This document shows, in pieces, positions 37,273-47,694 of a DNA stretch of 64,000 nucleotides (positions within the stretch are counted from its first letter, which is position 1; every line of letters begins with the position of its first letter). The stretch is from Dehalococcoidia bacterium. Lineage in GTDB: Bacteria > Chloroflexota > Dehalococcoidia > Lucifugimonadales > CATOSD01. The notes under the pieces were generated by a model. It had not been told where the DNA came from. It made no database searches and saw only the letters and a program-made list of their open reading frames with translations. Position numbers and translations under genes: made by a program. The stretch covers positions 485,654-549,653 of the forward strand of contig OZ242014.1 of NCBI GenBank assembly GCA_965204815.1, written 5' to 3'.

Positions 37273-37661
37273 TCGTTCACCTCTTTGGGCATACCTACAC
37301 ACGTCGCATTTTAGCGCTTTGGCGCGGGCACGGGCAATGATGATGGGGCGAGGTCGGCGGATCAGGGCGGAATCGTGGGGAGAAATTGCGCACTAATGAG
37401 AACTGGCGGGACGCGGGTGAGAATGGACAGGGCACGGATGAGAACGGATGGCGCGGGAAAGTGACGGTATTTTCGGGGTATGTGGGGCGCGATGGGCCGA
37501 GTTAGGGCGAGATTTGAGTGGCCGAAGGGGCTGATACGGGCAGGCCCCAAGGAAGGATCTCCACCTTGCTCACTTGTTGAAGAGTGATTCACAAGTGAAT
37601 AGAATGTGACCAGCAACTGTGTAGGATGTTCAAACGCAGCTAGGGATCAGAACACACTCAC

Positions 37662-39767
37662 ATGAGCAATCAACAGGAGACTACTGCTGGCGGTCACTTC
37701 GACGCTGACCGGCCCATTGAGCGGCGCGAGCAAGACCGTCTCGGCCGGCGGTCATTCGCGGAAGCGATTGCTCGACAGGTGCGTGCCGTTCCCGCTGAAC
37801 ATGGTTTCACCGTCGCCGTCGAGGGGGAGTGGGGATCGGGGAAGACTTCGGTTCTCAATATGGTGGCAGAGACACTTGAAGCTGATGATGACGTAGCCTT
37901 GCTCCATTTCAACCCCTGGCTCTTCAGCAGCGCAGACGACCTCGTGACACGATTCTTTAGCGAATTGAGCGCGCAACTCGATCAAGATAGGTTTGAAGGA
38001 TTGAAGGACGTCGCGACAGCACTCGTCGGCATGGGACAAGTTCTTGCGCCCCTGTTCCCCGTGCCAGGCGCAACCGGAATGATGAATGTTGCTGCCGACC
38101 AGATTACTTCTCTGATGAAGCCGCCAAGCCTCCACGAGAAACGTGACCGGCTCAGGAGAGCACTAGAACAGGCAGACTCGAGAATCGTTGTCGTCGTTGA
38201 TGACATTGACCGACTGGAGCCCGGCGAAATTCGAGAGGTAATGCGACTTGTGCGGTTGACCTCGGATCTTCCGAACGTCGTCTTCTTAATGGCATTCGAT
38301 AGCGGGCATGTCGCGAGGGGTTTGAGAGAGAACGAAGGAGAAGGCCGACGGTACCTGGAGAAAATAGTTCAGGTCAGCCATGACCTTCCCACTGTGCGTG
38401 AAGCGATCTTGCCTGATATGTTCTTGCGATGGCTTGATGAGTTGATACGGGGGCGAGACCTCACTGAGTTGGATAGAGACGTGTGGGGGCGCGTGTTCTA
38501 CGATGTGATTAGGCCTCTTCTTGGCAATCTCCGAGACGTAAAGCGCTACATCTACTCGCTCCCCGTGACCCTCGACACCATCGGCCAAGAGGTTGCACTG
38601 GCCGACCTTCTCGGCTTGGAAGCACTTCGTGTGCTAAGGCCCCCCTTATTCAATGAATTGAGAACACACGTCAATTGCTTGGTGCACTCCGAGTCAGTAC
38701 CAGAATCGTGGTTGATTGAAGAGGTCCGCAATAGGGAGATCGAAAAGATACTTTCGGTGATGCTTGATCGTGCAGAAGACAACCGAGCGATATTGAATGC
38801 CGTCTTTGAGATTCTGTTCCCAGCAACGCAGACGTTTCTTGGACGTATGGGGCATGGACCAGAGTGGGATGCGGTCTGGCGGAAACAGCGACGGGTGGCA
38901 TGTGAGGAAGTGTTGCGCATATACCTGCAAGCTGGGCTTGACGAGGGCACAATCCCATCACGTGAGATCCAGGATCTGGTAGGAGCATTGACCGACGATA
39001 CGAAACTCGTGAGTCTGTTAGACGCTCTTGACGAACAGCGCCTCGAGGCAGCCCTAGAGAGGCTTGAGGACTACGAACACGATTTCCCGATGGAGGCCGC
39101 GCCTGTAGCTGTGCCGGTGCTCTTGAACCGAATATGGAGACTGAGTCCCCACTCCGCGGGCGCGCTTGGGTTGGCTCCTCGTTCCAGCGTGACTAGAGTT
39201 GTGCTTCGGTTGCTGAGCAGGTTCGAGAATGCGGAAGAACTCGCAACTAGGCTGTCAACTATTCTTGAGGGGATCGACACCCTGTCCGGCCTATTGGCGA
39301 TAGTCGAAATGGTTGGATATCGCCAGTTAAGTGGACGCAAGCTCGTCGGAGAAGAGCAAGCAAGGAAGCTAGAGGAGCAGTTGGTGGATCGTTTGAAGTC
39401 CGCAACAGCAGAGGATCTTAGGGGCGAATGGAACCTCTTTGCTCTCTCGCTACGACCTCTGAATTGGGTAGAGGGTGAAGAAAAGAGTAGACTCACTTCC
39501 AGGTTGCGTGAGCATCTGGTTGACGACGGATTTGTCCTTACACTTCTACGCACTTCCGTAGATTATGCTTACCTCAACGGCCGTCCCCAGAAGCGGCTCT
39601 TCTGGGACCTTCTTGTTGAAATCTTCGGCGACGGTCTTTTGGTAGCGGTCAACAGGTTAGGTCACTCACAGTTGTACCACGACCTGTCACAGGAGGACCA
39701 GGACACCATCAATCTCGCCGAGAAGTACGCGACAGGGTGGCAACCGAGAGGATTACACAATCGCTAG
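37662..39767 (+). CDS. KAP family P-loop NTPase
   Basis: DRLGRRSFA, GEWGSGKTS, FNPW, VVVDDIDRL, YLEKIVQ and NLRDVKRY; lower GC than the flanks. Confidence 0.92.
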   Translation: MSNQQETTAGGHFDADRPIERREQDRLGRRSFAEAIARQVRAVPAEHGFTVAVEGEWGSGKTSVLNMVAETLEADDDVALLHFNPWLFSSADDLVTRFFSELSAQLDQDRFEGLKDVATALVGMGQVLAPLFPVPGATGMMNVAADQITSLMKPPSLHEKRDRLRRALEQADSRIVVVVDDIDRLEPGEIREVMRLVRLTSDLPNVVFLMAFDSGHVARGLRENEGEGRRYLEKIVQVSHDLPTVREAILPDMFLRWLDELIRGRDLTELDRDVWGRVFYDVIRPLLGNLRDVKRYIYSLPVTLDTIGQEVALADLLGLEALRVLRPPLFNELRTHVNCLVHSESVPESWLIEEVRNREIEKILSVMLDRAEDNRAILNAVFEILFPATQTFLGRMGHGPEWDAVWRKQRRVACEEVLRIYLQAGLDEGTIPSREIQDLVGALTDDTKLVSLLDALDEQRLEAALERLEDYEHDFPMEAAPVAVPVLLNRIWRLSPHSAGALGLAPRSSVTRVVLRLLSRFENAEELATRLSTILEGIDTLSGLLAIVEMVGYRQLSGRKLVGEEQARKLEEQLVDRLKSATAEDLRGEWNLFALSLRPLNWVEGEEKSRLTSRLREHLVDDGFVLTLLRTSVDYAYLNGRPQKRLFWDLLVEIFGDGLLVAVNRLGHSQLYHDLSQEDQDTINLAEKYATGWQPRGLHNR

Positions 39768-39863
39768 TGCGCCCACATCGCTTCTGGGCTGCCCAGCCAC
39801 AGACGCAATAAAGCAATTCCAAAGATAAGAAGCGTAGAGCAGCGAAAGGGTATCTTAGTGCCC

Positions 39864-41840
39864 ATGGGCGTAACCACCATAACCAAAGCCTATGGCGAGG
39901 CTGGCGACAAACGCAGGGGCGGCTTGCCTATCCCGTTTGTGTCGCGCCCACTCATCGCCGCTCTGGTTGTGCTCCTCATCGCGAGTCTCAGCATGATGCC
40001 CGCCAACGCCAACGCGCAGGCCCCGCCCGACACAGTCGAGTCGGACAGAGCGGTGCTGGTTGCGCTGTACCATGCCACAGACGGCCCGAATTGGCGTAAC
40101 AGAACCAATTGGCTGAGCGATGCGCCCCTCAACGAGTGGCACGGGATAACGACCGACGGCAGCGGTCGCGTTGTGACCGTCGACCTCTTTCTCAATGGTC
40201 TGGCCGGCTCTATGCCTACGGAACTCGGCAACCTAACCGCGCTGAGGACATTGACTCTGTCGGGCAGTTCCTTGAGTGGTCCTATACCCTCTGAACTCGG
40301 CAGACTCGCCAACCTAGAGAAGCTGAGCCTAATCGTCAATCGACTGAGCGGTACCATCCCTCCCGAGCTCGGCAACCTTCACAAGCTGCGACTGTTAACG
40401 CTAAGCGCCAATCAGCTGACCGGTACTATCCCTCCCCAGCTCGGTAGACTCGCCAACCTAGAGAAGCTCGTGCTTGCTGACAATCAACTGAGCGGCGCCA
40501 TCCCGACTGAACTCGGCAATCTTCATAAGCTGCAACTATTAACGCTAAGGGCCAATCAACTGAGCGGCGCCATCCCGACTGAACTGGGCGGTCTCACCAA
40601 TCTGGAGGAGCTCGACCTCAGCGAAAATGTACTGACCGGGTCGATCCCTCCTGAACTCGGCAGTCTCACAAACTTGCGGATACTCAACCTTTTCGACAAT
40701 CGACTGAGTAGTTACATCCCTCCCGAAGTACGCAAACTCGGCGTCCCCGTGTACCTAGACCAGCCCCCGCCGACGCCGACGCCTATTGCGACGTTTGCTC
40801 CGATAGGGGCGGTTGCGCAGGACGGGGCGGTGGTGAGGCTGGCGCTTTCCTACTATGGACGGCCTATATCGCAGATTACCGATGCTGTAGCGGAAATCAG
40901 GTGTCTTACGGAGGATTGGCCGGCCGTGGAGGTGGAGGCGTTGGTTTTGTACGATGGCGTTGCTGAACGCTACGAGGTGCGGGGCCTAGGGCCTGGCAGG
41001 TATTGGGTGGATGTGTTCGTTGATGCTGCCGAGCCGTTCAATGGCGAACGCGGGTTTGGGCTGGACTTTGAAGGTGTAGGCTCCTTCGAAATCTCCGGGG
41101 ATGGGGGGGTGGTGGAGGCGGATGTGCATTTGACGAAACATATTCGGCTCACCGCGCCTGTAGACAATCTGAGTACGCTTGGCGGTGCCGAGGATGGGAA
41201 GAACGCATATCCGCCCGGTCCGCTTCTGTTTTCGTGGGAGGAGGTACCCGAAGCCGAGACATATTTCGTGCATGTAGGTGTGTGGGGAGAAGGGTTTTCG
41301 TCGTTCCTTGGTGGGACGACTACGGTGCCTGTTGAAGAGGTATTGGCTCGAGAGCTGAAAGAGACGAGCGTGGAGTTGGACCTTGAAGAGAGCCGTGAGG
41401 GTGAGTTTTACGGCTTTGAGGTAACGGCATTTGAGAGCGATGCAGGCTCTGGGAGAGGGGCGCAGGTGGCGTCGTTGTCGGTGCGATATTCAGGGAAGCG
41501 TTATGGACCCGGCTACTACTTCAGGATCGTGGGTGGTTCAGCAGGAGGAGGGGCTGGTTCGAGGGGTTCGTCGGCTGCGGAGACGGCTGCGCCGACGCCG
41601 GTTGCTCCGAATGCGCCGGCCGGGGAGTCGGAACCCATGCCAACTCCCGCGCGGGCGTCAGTGGTCGCACCCGTTCCGGCACCCAAGGTGGAGCGGGGTT
41701 TCTTCACCAACTCGGTGCCCTCGCCGGACGACGTGGAGGCGGGCCTGCCGTTCGACATTATGGATCCGGTGACGCTGTCGCTGATAGGCGTACTGGTGAC
41801 GCTGGGCGCTACCGCCATCCAACTGTTCAGGGGGAAGTGA
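39864..41840 (+). CDS. secreted leucine-rich-repeat protein (plant-type 24-aa LRR) with C-terminal TM
   Basis: SDRAVLVALYHATDGPNW cap; ~8 repeats of LxxNxLSGxIPxELGxLxxL; C-terminal hydrophobic segment. Start uncertain. Confidence 0.88.
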   Translation: MGVTTITKAYGEAGDKRRGGLPIPFVSRPLIAALVVLLIASLSMMPANANAQAPPDTVESDRAVLVALYHATDGPNWRNRTNWLSDAPLNEWHGITTDGSGRVVTVDLFLNGLAGSMPTELGNLTALRTLTLSGSSLSGPIPSELGRLANLEKLSLIVNRLSGTIPPELGNLHKLRLLTLSANQLTGTIPPQLGRLANLEKLVLADNQLSGAIPTELGNLHKLQLLTLRANQLSGAIPTELGGLTNLEELDLSENVLTGSIPPELGSLTNLRILNLFDNRLSSYIPPEVRKLGVPVYLDQPPPTPTPIATFAPIGAVAQDGAVVRLALSYYGRPISQITDAVAEIRCLTEDWPAVEVEALVLYDGVAERYEVRGLGPGRYWVDVFVDAAEPFNGERGFGLDFEGVGSFEISGDGGVVEADVHLTKHIRLTAPVDNLSTLGGAEDGKNAYPPGPLLFSWEEVPEAETYFVHVGVWGEGFSSFLGGTTTVPVEEVLARELKETSVELDLEESREGEFYGFEVTAFESDAGSGRGAQVASLSVRYSGKRYGPGYYFRIVGGSAGGGAGSRGSSAAETAAPTPVAPNAPAGESEPMPTPARASVVAPVPAPKVERGFFTNSVPSPDDVEAGLPFDIMDPVTLSLIGVLVTLGATAIQLFRGK

Positions 41841-42469
41841 CTATGGCGACGCGAGTGCTGGTCAACGTGCTGGTGGCGCTGCCGTTCTTCGTGGTCGGCG
41901 TTGTGGGGTTGGTGCGCGACGACCTGCCGGATGATGCATCGGCGGCGGTGCTGTCCATCGGGGCGCTGGTCGTCCTGGTCGGGCTCTACGTGAGCGTTCT
42001 GTCGCGCCCACGGCTCAATCTCATGGCGAACGAAGAGACGCTGGAGTTGCGGCACCCTTCGATGAAGCCGGCGTTCGCCCGGATACTGCTGAGCGTCCCC
42101 TTCTTCCTGGGTGCGGGATACCTGTTGCAGTTCACGACTCTGCCCTACGTCTATCCGTTCGTGCCCTTTGTGATTGCGATGTACCTGTACTTTCGCGGGG
42201 TCATCAAGTACTGGGTCAACCACCACACCACCTACTACGTGACGAGCCGGCGGGCGGTGCATATGTACCGGTTCATCTGGCTGGATACGACGGAGATACC
42301 GGTGAACTCGATCAACTCCATCTCGGAGACGAGGAGTTTCATCGAGATGCTCACGGGCCGGGGGAGCGTGCTGGTGGCGAGCGGGATAGGGGCGCGGCAC
42401 AAGGTTCGGATGGGGGAGATAGACAGTCCGGGGCCGGTGGCGGCGGCGCTTCGGGGGCTTGTGCCGTAG
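41837..42469 (+). CDS. membrane protein with bacterial PH (bPH_2-like) domain
   Basis: 4 TM segments, then TTYYVTSRR..IPVNSINSI..TGRGSV. Confidence 0.7.
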   Translation: MTMATRVLVNVLVALPFFVVGVVGLVRDDLPDDASAAVLSIGALVVLVGLYVSVLSRPRLNLMANEETLELRHPSMKPAFARILLSVPFFLGAGYLLQFTTLPYVYPFVPFVIAMYLYFRGVIKYWVNHHTTYYVTSRRAVHMYRFIWLDTTEIPVNSINSISETRSFIEMLTGRGSVLVASGIGARHKVRMGEIDSPGPVAAALRGLVP

Positions 42470-42477
42470 GCGGGCCG

Positions 42478-42710
42478 CTTTAGATTCCTCGGCTGCGCTG
42501 CGCTCCGCTCGGAATGACAGAGGGGGCATGGAATGACCGGGGGAGTTGCGCTCGGAATGGCAGGGTGGTTGGCGGAGAGGGGGCTGGCGGAAGGCTCGTC
42601 GTCACCCTCACTCTGGCCCTCTCCCATCGAGGGAGAGGGGACGAGCGGTAGGGCGGTCCCCGTCGTCGTCACCCCCATCCTAGCCTTCCCCCGTCGAGGG
42701 GGAAGGGACT
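42478..42710 (-). repeat. inverted family-A and family-B copies
   Basis: CTTTAGATTCCTCGGC..CGCTCGGAATGACA; TCACCCTCACTCTGGCCCTCTCCCATCGAGGGAGAGGG; TCACCCCCATCCTAGCCTTCCCCCGTCGAGGGGGAAGGG. Confidence 0.85.
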
Positions 42711-42839
42711 TGTCGGACAGGCTCTAGTTGATACAGGTTCCGGTATCAAAACCAAATTGACAGAGGCGGCAATCTGGTGGTAGGCTGAACGCATTCTGGG
42801 CAAGTGTTTGCTTTTTTCACAAGCGCTGGGAGGAATGCT

Positions 42840-44276
42840 ATGGGACAGTCTAAAGTCTATTACATGGACGCGCATTCGGAATCGACGGAAACGAGCCTGG
42901 TCTCGAAGATGCTCACCGTCTTCGACGCGGCCGCCCTCGACGAGCTGGTAAAGCCCAACGACATCGTGGCTATCAAGGTGCATTGCGGCGAGTGGAACAA
43001 CTCCGCGTACCTTCGTCCCGTCTACGCCCGGGCGCTGGCGGACAGGATCAAGGAGCTGGGCGGGCGCCCGTTCGTCTGCGACACCACAACCTCGACCTAC
43101 TCGCCGTGGGGTTCGAGGTCGTCCGAGCTGGACATCGTGCTGACGGCGGAGCGCAACGGCTACAGCTCGGCCACGCTGGGCTGCCCGTTCATCTGCGCCG
43201 ACGGCTTCATCGGCACCAGCGACTACCGCGTGGACCTGCCGGAGGGCTACCTGCTCAAGGAGGCCTACGTCGCGCAGGCCATCGCCGCGGCCGACGTTCT
43301 CATAGCGCTGACCCACTTCAAGGGCCACGGCATGGGGGTTATCGGCGGCGCGCTCAAGAACCTGGGAATCGGCGCCCAGTCCAAGCGCGGCAAGCTCAAC
43401 GTTCACATGGGCGGCCACCCCAACTACGGCTACGGCGCGGCGGCCAAGTTCCATCCGGAGCGGTTCAAGGGCAAGGCCGAGACGCCCGACTGGGAGATTC
43501 TGGAGGACTGCTGCCCGTTCAACCTGTACCACATCAACGAGAACGACGAGCTCGAGTGGGAGCGTGAGCGCTGCGCCACCTGCCTGGGCTGCTTCGGCGT
43601 GATGGGTCCTCGCGGCCTGGCCGAGGTGCCGCCGGTCAACTTTGACGCGGTGGACGTTGCGATCGCCGACGCCTGCCTGGGCGTTGAGAAGGCGGTGGGC
43701 CGCAGTAAGGTCGGCTACATCAACATGGCCATCGACGTGTCCCCGCGCTGCGACTGCGCGAACCACGCCGACATCCCGATAGTGCCGCACCTGGGCGTGT
43801 TCGCCAGCAAGGACGCCGTCGCCATCGACATGGCGTGCGTCGACGCCGCGCGGCAGTCGGTGGGTATGCCCGGCTCCGCGGCGGAGCTGATGGAGGCGCA
43901 CCACGCGGGCGACGCCAAGTTCGAGGCGGCCGCGGCGACCTTCCACGGCCAGAGCGAGGTTGCGAGCATCAACACCGGCCACGAGATCGGCCTCGGCAGC
44001 CGGGACTACGACCTGGTGGACGTGGCGCCCGCCGACGGCGACAAGTACAAGTTCCCCTACGACCGCAGGCCCAGCCGCCAGCGCTTCGGCGAGCGGTTCG
44101 AGAAGTTCCAGCCGTTCCCCTACGACAGGCACGACGGCAAGGGATTCTCCCGCCACGACGAGGTGGACCTGGAGGCGATGAAGAAGCACTACCCGCACTA
44201 CGTCAACGGGGAGCTTTCCAACGGCCACGCCGAGGTCCCGCTCGAGGAGCTCGTGCCCGCGGACGACAACGACTAG
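42840..44276 (+). CDS. DUF362 Fe-S protein
   Basis: VAIKVHCGE, LTHFKGH..GGALKNLGIG, CATCLGC and DVSPRCDC. Confidence 0.88.
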   Translation: MGQSKVYYMDAHSESTETSLVSKMLTVFDAAALDELVKPNDIVAIKVHCGEWNNSAYLRPVYARALADRIKELGGRPFVCDTTTSTYSPWGSRSSELDIVLTAERNGYSSATLGCPFICADGFIGTSDYRVDLPEGYLLKEAYVAQAIAAADVLIALTHFKGHGMGVIGGALKNLGIGAQSKRGKLNVHMGGHPNYGYGAAAKFHPERFKGKAETPDWEILEDCCPFNLYHINENDELEWERERCATCLGCFGVMGPRGLAEVPPVNFDAVDVAIADACLGVEKAVGRSKVGYINMAIDVSPRCDCANHADIPIVPHLGVFASKDAVAIDMACVDAARQSVGMPGSAAELMEAHHAGDAKFEAAAATFHGQSEVASINTGHEIGLGSRDYDLVDVAPADGDKYKFPYDRRPSRQRFGERFEKFQPFPYDRHDGKGFSRHDEVDLEAMKKHYPHYVNGELSNGHAEVPLEELVPADDND

Positions 44277-44345
44277 CACGAACCCGGCGGCGGCCGGACG
44301 GTCCACACCGCTTCCGGCGCGCCGCCGCACAACGGAGAGGCGCAG

Positions 44346-44669
44346 ATGCCACAGTCAGGACAGGACATGCTCGACGAGGCGATCGCCACCTGCCGGCAGA
44401 TCGCCGACGGCCTGGGAGTTCAGAACCAGGCGTGGGAAGACTCGGTAGTCGAGATCGTCGAGAAGTTCGACGAGGTCAGCGACACGTTCTTTTTCAAGAC
44501 GATGCCGAGCGTCCCGGTGACCAGGAGCTGCAACCGCGACGCGGCCGCGGCGCTGGAACTCAAGAGCGCCCAGGACTGGGACTCCTTCGGCCCCGCGCTC
44601 GAACAGCTAATCGCGAGCGCGCAGAACGTGATAGACAAGGCCGGCATGAGGGGAACGACCCTCACGTGA
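44346..44669 (+). CDS. hypothetical protein
   Basis: Clean ORF with RBS GGAGAGG and host-like codon usage. Confidence 0.7.
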   Translation: MPQSGQDMLDEAIATCRQIADGLGVQNQAWEDSVVEIVEKFDEVSDTFFFKTMPSVPVTRSCNRDAAAALELKSAQDWDSFGPALEQLIASAQNVIDKAGMRGTTLT

Positions 44670-44693
44670 CGCCTCCCGCCCAGGCAGGTGACA

Positions 44694-45590
44694 ATGGATG
44701 ACACCACCCAGCGAGAGAGCGGGCTCGTTCTCGTAACGGGCGGCGCGGGAAGCGTGGGCCGACAGCTCATAGACCGACTCAGAGGGGCCGGGCGTCCCGT
44801 TCGCGTGTTCGACCTTCCGGTAATGGACTTTTCGGGTCTGGAGGACGACCCCGGCATAGAGATCGTGAAGGGGGACATCACCAGGCCCGACGACGTGGCG
44901 AGCGCCGCCGTAGGGCTGTCCTCAGTGGCGCACCTCGCGGCGCTATTGCCGCCGAACAGCGAGCGCGACCGCGACCTGACGTTCGCCGTGAACGTCGACG
45001 GTACCCGCAACCTTATCGAGGCGCTGTGGGAACACAGTCCCAGCGCGACCCTGGTGTTCACATCATCGATCAGCACCTACGGCGATACCTCCGCCGAGCA
45101 GCCGCCGGTGACGGTCGAGCACTCGCAGCGGGCCATCGACCTGTACGCGGAGAGCAAGATCGCGGGCGAGAAGCTGGTCGCCGAGTCGGCACTGAGCGCG
45201 GTGTCCTTGCGCATCGCGCCCATCGCCGTACCCGCGTTCCTGGAGCCGCCGCAGGTGTGGCCGTTCATGCCGGACCAGCGGGTGGAGATGGTGCACCGCG
45301 ACGACGTGGTCGACGCGCTGTTCGCGGCGGTCACGCTGGCGGAAGGCGCCCAGGGCGTGCTGAACGTAGCAGGCGGCCCCTCGTGGCAGCTGACGGGGCG
45401 GGACTACGTGAACGACTTCTACGGCTTCGTCGGCGCGCCCTCGGACGACGCGGTGTACCGTGACTCCCCCGGGTGGGTGGACTGGTACGATACGGAGGAG
45501 TCGCAGAGAGTCCTGGGCTACCAGAACCGGCCCTACGGACACTACGCCCAGCAGATGCGCGACATAGTGCAGGCGATGATGGAGGAGTAA
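44694..45590 (+). CDS. NAD-dependent epimerase/dehydratase
   Basis: LVTGGAGSVG, HLAA, FTSS and YAESK. Confidence 0.88.
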   Translation: MDDTTQRESGLVLVTGGAGSVGRQLIDRLRGAGRPVRVFDLPVMDFSGLEDDPGIEIVKGDITRPDDVASAAVGLSSVAHLAALLPPNSERDRDLTFAVNVDGTRNLIEALWEHSPSATLVFTSSISTYGDTSAEQPPVTVEHSQRAIDLYAESKIAGEKLVAESALSAVSLRIAPIAVPAFLEPPQVWPFMPDQRVEMVHRDDVVDALFAAVTLAEGAQGVLNVAGGPSWQLTGRDYVNDFYGFVGAPSDDAVYRDSPGWVDWYDTEESQRVLGYQNRPYGHYAQQMRDIVQAMMEE

Positions 45591-45600
45591 GGCCACCGCC

Positions 45601-45966
45601 ATGACGCTCGCGCAGGACAACATAACGACCAGCCGCCAGCTCATCGAGCACGCGGAGGAGGAGTTGCGCAGCGGCGAATCGCTACAGGCGTCGGAGAAGG
45701 CGTGGGGCGCGGTGGTGCACCGCCTTAAGGCGATTGCGCGTCAGCGACGATGGCGACACGGCGGACACTACCACTTGGGGCAGATTGTAAGACGCCTGGT
45801 GGATGAGAACGGCGATGGTGAGATTCAGAGCTTTTTCTCGATAGCAGAGAGCCTGCACGCCAATTTCTACAACAACTGGAAGACGGAGGCGGCGGTGCGC
45901 GACGACATAGAGTCAGTCAAGCTACTGCTGGACAAGCTGAGCACCGTGTACGAGAACGGAAACTGA
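45601..45966 (+). CDS. PaREP1-like protein
   Basis: LQASEKAWGA..KAIA..RRW.H..H and LHANFY. Confidence 0.78.
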   Translation: MTLAQDNITTSRQLIEHAEEELRSGESLQASEKAWGAVVHRLKAIARQRRWRHGGHYHLGQIVRRLVDENGDGEIQSFFSIAESLHANFYNNWKTEAAVRDDIESVKLLLDKLSTVYENGN

Positions 45967-46000
45967 ACGGCGGTTGCTCGCCGCCCGTGGAGACGATTAG

Positions 46001-46870
<870 letters not shown>

Positions 46871-46882
46871 AAGGACAGAACC

Positions 46883-47629
46883 ATGAGACTTGAAGGCAAA
46901 GTTGTTCTCATCAGCGGCGGCGCGCGCGGCATGGGCGCCGCGGAGGCGCGGCGGTTCGCCCGCGAGGGGGCGAAGGTGGGCATCGCGGATGTGCTCGAAG
47001 ACGAGGGACGCCGGCTGGAGGCCGAGATCGCCGAGGCCGGGGGCGACGCGGTGTTCATCCGGCTCGACGCCACCAGCGAGGACGACTGGAACAGCGCCGT
47101 CGCCGAGGTGGAGCAACGCTACGGCAAGCTCGACGTACTCGTGAACAACGCCGGCATCTACCGGCGCGGCTACGTGCTGGAGACCGACTCCCAGACCTGG
47201 GACGACGTGATGGACGTGAACGCCAAGGGCGTGTTCCTGGGCACCAAGGCGGCCATTCCTGCCATGCGCAGAGCCGGCGGCGGCTCCATCGTCAACATCT
47301 CGTCTACTGCCGGGCTGGTCGGTGGCGGCGCGGCGGCGTACAACGCGTCCAAGGGCGCTGTGCGGCTGCTCACCAAGGCGACCGCCATCCAGTACGCCAA
47401 GGAAGGCATCCGGGTTAACTCGGTACACCCCGGACCCATCGACACCGATATGCTGGCGATGGTGTACACCTCGCCCGAGATGCGCGAAGAGCGCCTGGCG
47501 AACATACCTCTGGGCCGCGCGGGCCGTCCGGAGGAGGTGGTGAACGGGGTGCTGTTCCTGGCGTCGGACGAGGCGTCGTTCATGACCGGCAGCGAGCTGG
47601 TCATCGATGGGGGCGCTACCGCGCAGTAG
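46883..47629 (+). CDS. SDR family oxidoreductase
   Basis: ISGGARGMG, VNNAG, YNASKG and VNSVHPG. Confidence 0.92.
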   Translation: MRLEGKVVLISGGARGMGAAEARRFAREGAKVGIADVLEDEGRRLEAEIAEAGGDAVFIRLDATSEDDWNSAVAEVEQRYGKLDVLVNNAGIYRRGYVLETDSQTWDDVMDVNAKGVFLGTKAAIPAMRRAGGGSIVNISSTAGLVGGGAAAYNASKGAVRLLTKATAIQYAKEGIRVNSVHPGPIDTDMLAMVYTSPEMREERLANIPLGRAGRPEEVVNGVLFLASDEASFMTGSELVIDGGATAQ

Positions 47630-47694
47630 CCGGCGGCCTTAGATTCCTCGGCTACGCTCGGAATGACATGGCTACGCTCAGAGTTATCTGACAT

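Larger units (their letters stand above)
36389..37495. repeat. ~150-bp imperfect direct repeat pair (36389-36541 and 37347-37495)
   Basis: Both carry GGCGAGGTCGGCGGATCAGGGCGGAAT...GGCGCGGG.AAGTGACGG.ATTTTCGGGGTATGTGGGGCGCGATGG. Confidence 0.8.
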
